Shown here: positions 57,080-64,000 of the stretch, piece by piece
Layout of the letters: each line of letters opens with the position of its first letter
How positions within the stretch are numbered: position 1 is the stretch's first letter
NCBI GenBank assembly: GCA_965261005.1
Contig: OZ253375.1
Span: forward strand, 1,728,001-1,792,000
Direction: 5' to 3'
DNA length: 64,000 nt
From: Deinococcus sp.
GTDB lineage: Bacteria; Deinococcota; Deinococci; Deinococcales; Deinococcaceae
Translations under genes and position numbers: made by a program
The notes under the pieces: model-generated
The model's input: the letters and a program-made list of their open reading frames with translations, nothing else
What the model was told of the DNA's origin: nothing
Database searches by the model: none

Positions 57080-57265
57080 GGGGCAAAGATGGAAATCTAT
57101 GTTGGCGCTTCAGGCAACCGCGAAGTCCCGAAACGAGGGCGAGGTGACTCGCTTGGCTCCTCCCCATGAAGGAAGGGAGAAAAGCGTACGAAACGACTTC
57201 CCAGTTGCCCTGGAACAGCCTCCTCCACAGCCCCAGCTCACCCCCTTGCGGAACCATAGAGCGAC

Positions 57266-57778
57266 GTGCGACGCCCGCTCTCCCTTCTCTTCAGCCTGCT
57301 CGTCCTCGCCGCCCTGGGTTACCTGGCCTACCCCTCGCTCAAGAACGCCGCGCGCACGGCCGAGCTGTTGCGCGCGCCGGCGCTGGGCAGTTTGGCAAGT
57401 CCCTTGCCGGGCCGGCGCTTCGCCGACACTTGGGGCGCGGCCAGAACCCGGGGGCGCCGGCACGAGGGGGTGGACATCTTCGCGCCCACAGCAACGCCGG
57501 TCAGGAGCGCGACGCGGGGCGTCGTTTCACGCGTGGGCGACAACGCCCTGGGCGGGCGGACGGTCACGGTGCTGGGACCGGGCGGCTATCACCACTACTA
57601 CGCCCACCTGTCGCGCTACGCGGAAGAGAAGGTGGGCGACTGGGTCGCGGCGGGGGACGTGCTGGGGTTCGTGGGCAACAGCGGCAACGCGCGGGGCACG
57701 CCGCCACACCTGCACTACGGGGTGTACACGCCGAACTGGCAAGCGGTCAACCCTTATCCCTTGCTAAAGCCAGATTAA
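57266..57778 (+). CDS. M23-family metallopeptidase
   Basis: HEGVD, YAHL, GNSGNA, PHLH, N-terminal TM segment. Confidence 0.92.
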   Translation: MRRPLSLLFSLLVLAALGYLAYPSLKNAARTAELLRAPALGSLASPLPGRRFADTWGAARTRGRRHEGVDIFAPTATPVRSATRGVVSRVGDNALGGRTVTVLGPGGYHHYYAHLSRYAEEKVGDWVAAGDVLGFVGNSGNARGTPPHLHYGVYTPNWQAVNPYPLLKPD

Positions 57779-57835
57779 GCGCGGCTCCACGCCAGCCGTA
57801 GGATTTTACATAGACGCTTCGTTTAAGGTGGGGCC

Positions 57836-58078
57836 ATGACGGTCTTTCTGGGGGGCGAGCACGCACGCGCGGCGCAGACGGTGCGCGCTTTGCTGGCGGA
57901 CAGCTCGCCCACGCGCGCGGAAGATTTGCGCGACGCGCTGACGCAGTTGGCGCACAGCATGGCCGGGCGCGAGCCGCGCGAAGAGGAACATTGCGCCGTG
58001 CTGCTCGGCGATGACGCCTTCGAGGCGCTGCTGCGCCGCTACCTGCATGAGGGGTTGCGGCAGTTCGGCAAGCTTTAA
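57836..58078 (+). CDS. Hypothetical protein (80 aa)
   Basis: TAAGGT 6 nt before the ATG, GC3-rich codons. Confidence 0.6.
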   Translation: MTVFLGGEHARAAQTVRALLADSSPTRAEDLRDALTQLAHSMAGREPREEEHCAVLLGDDAFEALLRRYLHEGLRQFGKL

Positions 58079-58119
58079 GAGTTTGCCTTCCGAGGACGCT
58101 CGCTCAAGTCTGCACCCCG

Positions 58120-58264
58120 CCCTTTCCCTTGATCAGCAGCCGCAGCATGACGGGGCGAAGATGGTGGTGATCAGGGCCATCATCTGCACCTGGGCGCAGA
58201 TCACGCCCGTGATCAGCCCGAGACCCCCGACGGCGGCGCTGTGACGCCCCAGGTTGCTCGCCAC
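58120..58264 (-). pseudogene. Possible C-terminal remnant of a CPA2-type antiporter
   Basis: GLGLITGVICAQVQMMALITTIFAP, then after a frameshift VMLRLLIKG. Resembles the last helices of CPA2 proteins. Confidence 0.35.
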
Positions 58265-58300
58265 GGTTCATGCCGTTTCCGCCTGCTATAACACTCCCTC

Positions 58301-59368
58301 GTGAAGCACCTCACCGCCTCCCCCACCCCGCGCGACCTCGGCTTCGCCATGCCGCCCGAGTGGGCGCCGCACGCGGCCACCTGGATGAGCTGGCCCTTCG
58401 ACGACGCGCTGTGGTTCGGCCGCTTGGAGGGGGTGCGGCGCGAGTTCGCCGACTTGGTGCGGACCATCGCCGCCTTCGAGCGGGTCGAACTGCTGGTGCG
58501 CGACGAGGCGGGTGAGGCGGACGCCCGCACCCGCTTGGAAGGGGCGGACGTGCGCTACCACCGCGTCCCCCTCGACGACGTGTGGCTGCGCGACAACGGG
58601 CCGCTGTTCGTGACCAGAGGACAAGACCTGAGCCTGGTCAACTGGACCTTCAACGCCTGGGGCGGCAAGTTCAATTGGCTGCAAGATGACCGGGTGCCGG
58701 AGGCGCTGGCGGCCGAACTGGGCGCGGCCCACTGGGACGTGCCGGTGGTGCTGGAGGGCGGCAGCCTGGACCTCAGCGGCGACGGGACCGTGCTGACCAC
58801 CCGCTCGTGCCTGCTCTCCCCGGAGCGCAACCCGAACCTCGGCGAGGCGGACTACGCCGCGCTGCTGGGCGCCTACCTGGGAACGGAGCGGGTGCTGTGG
58901 TTGGGCGGCGGCCTGGATGGCGACCACACCGACGGTCACATCGACACCCTGACCCGCTTCGTGAGCGCGCGGACCATCGTCACGTCCACCACAGAGGATT
59001 CCAGGGACCCCAACTTCGCGACCTTGCAGGGCAATTTGGAGCGGCTGCGCGGCTTTTTGGGCGCGGGTGGGCAACCCTACGACATCGTGGAGCTGCCCCT
59101 GCCGCAGCAACCGGACGGGCCGGAGGGGCCGCTGGCCGCCAGCTACGCCAACTTCTACATCGGCAACGGCTTCGTGGTGGTCCCGCAGTACGGCGATCCG
59201 GCCGACGCACGGGCGCTGTCCATCCTGACGCCGCTGTTTCCCGGCCGCGCGGTGCTGGGCCGGATGTCGCGCGAGCTGATTGTGGGCGGGGGCAGCTTTC
59301 ACTGCGTCACCCAGCAACAGCCGAAGGGCAAGATTTGGAAGGGGAAAGACCTTGACGAGTGTGAGTAG
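58301..59368 (+). CDS. aguA: Agmatine deiminase
   Basis: MPPEW, DVWLRDNGP, FNAWGGK, LEGGS, DHTDGHID, SYANF, GGSFHCVTQQ. Confidence 0.95.
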   Translation: MKHLTASPTPRDLGFAMPPEWAPHAATWMSWPFDDALWFGRLEGVRREFADLVRTIAAFERVELLVRDEAGEADARTRLEGADVRYHRVPLDDVWLRDNGPLFVTRGQDLSLVNWTFNAWGGKFNWLQDDRVPEALAAELGAAHWDVPVVLEGGSLDLSGDGTVLTTRSCLLSPERNPNLGEADYAALLGAYLGTERVLWLGGGLDGDHTDGHIDTLTRFVSARTIVTSTTEDSRDPNFATLQGNLERLRGFLGAGGQPYDIVELPLPQQPDGPEGPLAASYANFYIGNGFVVVPQYGDPADARALSILTPLFPGRAVLGRMSRELIVGGGSFHCVTQQQPKGKIWKGKDLDECE

Positions 59369-60257
59369 GACTGAGGCGAATACGGTCCGGCTGGCCGCCG
59401 TGCAGATGGGCATGACGAGCGTGCTGGAGGAGAATTTGACGAGGGCGGAGGCGCTGGTGCGCGAGGCCGCCGCCCGGGGGGCCAACATCATTCTGTTGCC
59501 CGAGCTGTTCGAGAACCTCTACTTCTGCCAGGTGGAGCGCGAGGAATTCTTCGAGCTGGCCCATCCGGTCGAGGGACATCCCTTTTTGGGACGCTTTCAG
59601 GCGCTGGCGCAAGAACTCGGCGTGGTGCTGCCGCTGAGCTTTTTCGAAAAGGCCGGGCAAGCCCACTACAACAGCCTCGCCGCCATAGACGCCGACGGCA
59701 CGCTGCTGGGCGTCTACCGCAAGAGCCACATTCCCGACGGCCCCGGCTACGAGGAGAAGTACTACTTCACCCCCGGCGACAGCGGCTTTAAAGTCTGGGA
59801 CACCCGCTACGGCCGTGTCGGCGCCGGCATCTGCTGGGACCAGTGGTATCCCGAGACGGCCCGCGCCATGACCCTGATGGGCGCCGAGCTGCTGCTCTAC
59901 CCCACCGCCATCGGCTCCGAGCCGGCCGAGGTCGAAACGCCCAACACCCATTCCATGTGGCAGCGCGCCATGCAGGGGCACGCCGTCAGCAACGTCGTGT
60001 ACCTGGGCGCCGCCAACCGGGTGGGCAGCGAGACCATCCTGGGCCACCAGCAGGCCTTTTACGGCCACTCCTTTCTGGCCGACTACACCGGCGAGATTCA
60101 GGCCGAGCTGGGGGATACGCAGGAGGGCGTCATCACCCTCGACCTCGACTTCGCGGCGGCCCGCGCCTACCGCGCCGGCATGGGCTTTTTCAGGGACCGC
60201 CGCCCCGAGCTGTACGGCGCGCTGCTGACCTCGGACGGGAAGACGCGGCGAGGGTAA
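59352..60257 (+). CDS. aguB: N-carbamoylputrescine amidase
   Basis: LPELF, YRKSHIPDGPGYEEK, ICWDQWYPE, YPTAIGSEP, FRDRRP. Start is TTG 59352 or GTG 59361. Confidence 0.93.
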   Translation: MTSVSRTEANTVRLAAVQMGMTSVLEENLTRAEALVREAAARGANIILLPELFENLYFCQVEREEFFELAHPVEGHPFLGRFQALAQELGVVLPLSFFEKAGQAHYNSLAAIDADGTLLGVYRKSHIPDGPGYEEKYYFTPGDSGFKVWDTRYGRVGAGICWDQWYPETARAMTLMGAELLLYPTAIGSEPAEVETPNTHSMWQRAMQGHAVSNVVYLGAANRVGSETILGHQQAFYGHSFLADYTGEIQAELGDTQEGVITLDLDFAAARAYRAGMGFFRDRRPELYGALLTSDGKTRRG

Positions 60258-60341
60258 GCGCGGGAGCTGTGCCAAGAAAACCCAAACAGTCGGGTGAAGG
60301 ATCACGCGGCGACCTTCATGTGGGCCGGCTACAACGGGAGC

Positions 60342-61352
60342 ATGAACGCTACGATTTTTAAAGCAAGCGCCGCCCTCCTCTTGTCCGCCTCGCTGATGGC
60401 CTGCACCGAGACCCAGCCGGCCCAGCCAAACCCGCAGCCCGACCCCCTGCCGGGAACGCAGCCCGCCGCCAGCAAGACCTACACCTTGCCCGGCAACACT
60501 GTTTTCCCAGAGGGCGTGGCCTACCAAAGCAGCACCCAGAACTTCTTCGTCAGCAGCACGACCAATGGCGCCATCTACAAAGGCAACTTGAATGACGCTG
60601 TCGCCAGCGTTTTCTTGCCCGGCAACACGGACGGGCGCACGACCGCCATCGGCCTCAAGGTGGACGATCAGGGGCGGCTATTTGTGGCGGGCGGCGGGAC
60701 CGGCAAGATGTTCGCCTACGACGTGAACACCGGGGCGCTGCTGAGGGCCTACGACACGACCAGCGATCCCAACACCAACACCTTTATCAACGACGTGGCC
60801 CTGACGCCGGACGCGGCCTACTTCACCGACTCGCGCCGGCCCATTTTGTTTCGGGTAACCAAGACCGCGACCGGGCTGGGCGAGACGGCCGAGCCGTGGC
60901 TCGACCTGACGACCGTTCCGAACACCCCCATCAAGTACCAACAGCAGGGCTTCAACCTCAACGGTATCGCGGCCACGCCGGACGGCAAGTACCTGATCGT
61001 GGTGCAGAGCAACACCGGCCAGCTCTTCCGGATCGGCACCTTAGATAAGTCGGTCACGGAGATTCAGTTCGGCGGCATGGTCATGAACGGCGACGGCATC
61101 CTGCTGGACGGCCAGACCCTCTACGTCTCGCGCAACGCCGACAAGATCATCGTGCCCATCACCCTGGGCGCCGACTTCACGACCGGCACCATCGGCACGC
61201 CCTTCTCGGACGCGACGCTGATGTACCCAACCACGCTCGCGCACGCCGGCAACCGCCTGTTGGTGGTGAATTCGCAGTTCAACAAGCGCGGCGACGGCCT
61301 AACGCCCAATCTCCCCTTCACGCTGTCGAACATCGCCATTCCGGGCAAGTGA
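60342..61352 (+). CDS. SMP-30/gluconolactonase-like beta-propeller lipoprotein
   Basis: LMAC lipobox, FPEGV, FINDV, YFTDS, NLNGI, NGDGI, VVNSQF. Confidence 0.85.
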   Translation: MNATIFKASAALLLSASLMACTETQPAQPNPQPDPLPGTQPAASKTYTLPGNTVFPEGVAYQSSTQNFFVSSTTNGAIYKGNLNDAVASVFLPGNTDGRTTAIGLKVDDQGRLFVAGGGTGKMFAYDVNTGALLRAYDTTSDPNTNTFINDVALTPDAAYFTDSRRPILFRVTKTATGLGETAEPWLDLTTVPNTPIKYQQQGFNLNGIAATPDGKYLIVVQSNTGQLFRIGTLDKSVTEIQFGGMVMNGDGILLDGQTLYVSRNADKIIVPITLGADFTTGTIGTPFSDATLMYPTTLAHAGNRLLVVNSQFNKRGDGLTPNLPFTLSNIAIPGK

Positions 61353-61365
61353 GGTGTTGAGGTTC

Positions 61366-61393
61366 GCCCGCCAGCTTCGGCTGGCGGGCTTTT
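61366..61393 (+). terminator. Intrinsic terminator
   Basis: GCCCGCCAGC-TTCG-GCTGGCGGGC-TTTT. Confidence 0.85.
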
Positions 61394-61409
61394 ACTTCCT
61401 GAAAAAGAC

Positions 61410-62390
61410 CTAAACGTCCGTTCGGGCGCGCTCCCAGTCGCTCACCTTGTCAAGGGCGGCCACCTCGCCTTCCGACAGCTCCAGTTCGGCGGCGGGCAGC
61501 AGTTCTTGCAGTTGCTCCACGCTGTTGGCGCCCACGATGGGGGCGGTCACGTAGGGTTTGGCGAGCAGCCAGGCCAGCGCGATCTGCGCGGTGGTGGCGC
61601 CGCGCGAGGTCGCAATCTCAGACAGTTTGTCCACAACGTCGAAGTTCTGATCCGAGAAGAAGCGCTTCTCGATGGCGCCGGCCCGCTGGCTGTCCGGCAA
61701 GCCTTGGCCCCTTTGGTACTTCCCGGTCAGAAAGCCGCCCGACAGCGGGCTGTAGGGAATCACGCCGACGCCAAAGGCCTCGCAGGCCCGCGCCAACTCG
61801 CGCTCGAAGGCGCCGCGCACGGGGGCGGCGACGGAGTATTCCGGCTGAAGCGCGTCGAAGCGCGCGTAGCCCAGCTTGTCACTCTTCCACAGCGCCTCTG
61901 TTAATCGCCAGGCCGGAAAGTTGCTGGCGCCCAGGTAGCGCACCATGCCCGCGCGCACCAAGTCGTTCAGGGCCTCCATGGTCTCCTCGATGGGCGTCTC
62001 CAGGTCGGGCCAGTGAACTTGGTACAGGTCAACGTAATCGAGGCCCAAGCGGTCGAGGCTCTCCTCGCAGGCTTGCAGCAGCCATCTCTTGGACAGCCCC
62101 TGTCTGAGCGGGCCGCCCATGTCGCCGCGCGCCTTGGTGGCGACCACGAAGTCGGCGCGCTCGCGCCCCGCCAGCCAGCGCCCGATGATCTCCTCGGAGA
62201 CGCCGCCGGGGTTGCCGTCAGCCCAGGTGGTGTAGATGTCGGCGGTGTCGATGAAGTTGCCGCCCGCGTCCGCGTAGGCGTCCAAAATGGCGTGGCTGGT
62301 CCCCTCGTCGGCGGTCCAGCCGAACTGCATGGTGCCGAGGACCAGGGCCGAGACCTTGAGGCCGGTGCGTCCGAGTCTGCGCTGTTGCAT
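61410..62390 (-). CDS. Aldo/keto reductase
   Basis: [46 protein letters not shown]. Confidence 0.95.
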   Translation of the reverse strand: MQQRRLGRTGLKVSALVLGTMQFGWTADEGTSHAILDAYADAGGNFIDTADIYTTWADGNPGGVSEEIIGRWLAGRERADFVVATKARGDMGGPLRQGLSKRWLLQACEESLDRLGLDYVDLYQVHWPDLETPIEETMEALNDLVRAGMVRYLGASNFPAWRLTEALWKSDKLGYARFDALQPEYSVAAPVRGAFERELARACEAFGVGVIPYSPLSGGFLTGKYQRGQGLPDSQRAGAIEKRFFSDQNFDVVDKLSEIATSRGATTAQIALAWLLAKPYVTAPIVGANSVEQLQELLPAAELELSEGEVAALDKVSDWERARTDV

Positions 62391-62462
62391 GCCCGATTCT
62401 TGGGGGATGGCCCTCGCGCGGCGGCGTAAGGCGTGACACAATGCCGCCATGCTGAGGCAAGC

Positions 62463-63341
62463 ATGAACCCCGCCGTCAACCGCGCGACCCTTCTTTCCGC
62501 CGGCAAGAACCTGACCACTTGGCTGACCGTGCTGCAAGCCGTGAACCTGCTGACCGGCGTGGCCACCTTGGCGCTGGTGGCGCTGCCGGGCAATCCGGGC
62601 GCGGGCGCCGAGGCCGAGTTGGGCGTGTCACGCGCCGCCGCCCTCGGTCTGGGCGCGGCGCAGCTCGCCTGGACCGTTTTTTACCTTCTGGCCTTGCAGT
62701 GGGCCAAGGGCTGGCTGGGCGGGGCCAGCCGCTGGGCCGCCGGCGAGAGAACGGCGGACGTGGGCGCGCTGGCGCGCCCAACACGGCTGCTGAGCGGCTT
62801 CCTGACGCTGTTTCAGTGGCTGCCGCTGATCGCCGCGCTGCTGCTGGGGCCGTGGCTGTGGGGCGCGCTGGGCAACCTGAACGCCGCCGACCTCGCGGGC
62901 ACAGACTTGTCGCCCCAGCTTCAGACCCTCAACCTAACCCCCGAGCAGCTGAGCGCCGCCGTGCGCCTGAGCGCCGGCTTGACGCTGGTCGCCTTCGGGT
63001 TGCCCGCCTTCGTCATCAACTTCGCCGTCCTCGGCTGGATCAGGCGCTGGATGCGCGGCGTCGCGGGGACGATTCAGGGGAGCGGCGCGTCAGACCGTCT
63101 GCCCGCCCTGGCCGCCACCATCGGGCGCTGGTTCACGTTTTTCCAGGGCCTCTTGGTCTTTTTTATTCTGCTGATCCTGCTGGTGCCGCTGCTGGGCACG
63201 CCTTCCGGCGTGGGCGCGGGACTGGGCGGGCGGCTCAACTTGCTGCTGACCTTTTTGAACTTGGCGCTGCTGTTCGCCTTGCTGCGCTGGTCGAAGGTCG
63301 TGCTCTCGGGCGTGACGGCGCGGGCCACCGGCACCAATTGA
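62463..63341 (+). CDS. Hypothetical multi-pass membrane protein
   Basis: About six hydrophobic segments in two similar halves, GC3-rich codons. Confidence 0.75.
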   Translation: MNPAVNRATLLSAGKNLTTWLTVLQAVNLLTGVATLALVALPGNPGAGAEAELGVSRAAALGLGAAQLAWTVFYLLALQWAKGWLGGASRWAAGERTADVGALARPTRLLSGFLTLFQWLPLIAALLLGPWLWGALGNLNAADLAGTDLSPQLQTLNLTPEQLSAAVRLSAGLTLVAFGLPAFVINFAVLGWIRRWMRGVAGTIQGSGASDRLPALAATIGRWFTFFQGLLVFFILLILLVPLLGTPSGVGAGLGGRLNLLLTFLNLALLFALLRWSKVVLSGVTARATGTN

Positions 63342-63400
63342 GACGCCCAATTGAGACACAACGCGCCGCCCCCCAGCGGGGCCGTTGCTACAGTTCCCCC

Positions 63401-64000
63401 ATGCCGTGGTTGCGCCCCCTCTCGATTCCCGCAGCAGCGCAAAGCGCCTACGGCGACTTTCTGCACGACCTCGACGCCCAGTTGCGCGACCCCGCCACCG
63501 AGCGCGGCCACCTGACGCGCGACCTGCTGGCCCAGCTGCTGCACGCCCGCCCGTATGAACAATTGCTCGCCGACGCGCCCCTGATGGCCCTTAGCCTCGA
63601 CCCCGCCAACGTCACCCTCGAAGCCGAGGCTTACGCCGCCACCGACCCCGTGAAGTTCGCGCGGGTCAAGCCGCTGTTGTGGCTGTGGCAAAGCGCCGAC
63701 CCCTCGCCCAGCGGCCAGAACGCGGCCTTCGGGTTGCCGTTCCGGCGCGTGCTGGCGGCGCACGTCTTCGAGCACGTCGGCCAGAACTTCAAGTGTTGGC
63801 CGGGCGTGCAGTTCTCGGTGGGCTACAACATGTGGGTCGGCGACGACGTGGTGGTGCACCGCGACGTGCTGCTGGACGACATCGGGGGCATCGAGCTGCA
63901 CAGCGGCGCCTCGGTCAGCGATTACGTGAGCGTCTACAGCCACGGCCACTCGGTGCTGGACATGCCCGACGTGACCTTGCGCCGCACCGTGATCGGGCGC
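63401..64000 (+). CDS. Hexapeptide-repeat (LbH) acyltransferase, 3'-truncated by the window edge
   Basis: Open frame MPWLRPLSIP...HVGQNFKCWPGVQFSVGYNMWVGDDVVVHRDVLLDDIGGIELHSGASVSDYVSVYSHGH. TACAGT 6 nt before the ATG. Missing from the ORF track because there is no stop. Confidence 0.85.
   Translation, partial: MPWLRPLSIPAAAQSAYGDFLHDLDAQLRDPATERGHLTRDLLAQLLHARPYEQLLADAPLMALSLDPANVTLEAEAYAATDPVKFARVKPLLWLWQSADPSPSGQNAAFGLPFRRVLAAHVFEHVGQNFKCWPGVQFSVGYNMWVGDDVVVHRDVLLDDIGGIELHSGASVSDYVSVYSHGHSVLDMPDVTLRRTVIGR

Noticed and set aside
58301..60257. aguAB without arginine decarboxylase
   Set aside because: Standard agmatine-to-putrescine pathway, and speA is often unlinked.
63335..63358. CAATTGAGAC direct repeat at a stop codon
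   Set aside because: Only two 10-bp units. Possibly an excision scar but not enough evidence.

Overview
GC-rich bacterial chromosomal window. Gene content, the SRE/SNR-like repeats and the many leaderless -10 boxes point to Deinococcota (Deinococcus-like); this is an inference. Core content: aceE-aceF, a LacI-controlled sugar ABC/debranching-like glycosidase operon, peptidases, a NhaP antiporter, a two-TolC/MFP/RND efflux operon, a MoxR-DUF58-vWA operon, GH2 beta-mannosidase, CitAB-type two-component system with tctCBA, a heterodimeric ABC exporter, a decaying P1B-ATPase/CDF/ArsR metal operon, two protein toxin-antitoxin pairs (DUF4160/DUF2442-HTH and MNT/HEPN), a GntR-controlled leuCD paralog, aguAB and an aldo/keto reductase. 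No rRNA, tRNA, CRISPR array or transposase was seen. The best new candidate is an unannotated ~380-bp cassette at 21729-22107 that looks like a type I toxin-antitoxin locus: a 52-aa basic/hydrophobic peptide, extensive 5'-3' fold-back pairing of the predicted mRNA, and an internal antisense promoter. Second is a recurring layout in which short leaderless uORFs overlap the start codon of membrane-protein genes (NTGA). All protein calls come from motif recognition by eye; no database searches were run.
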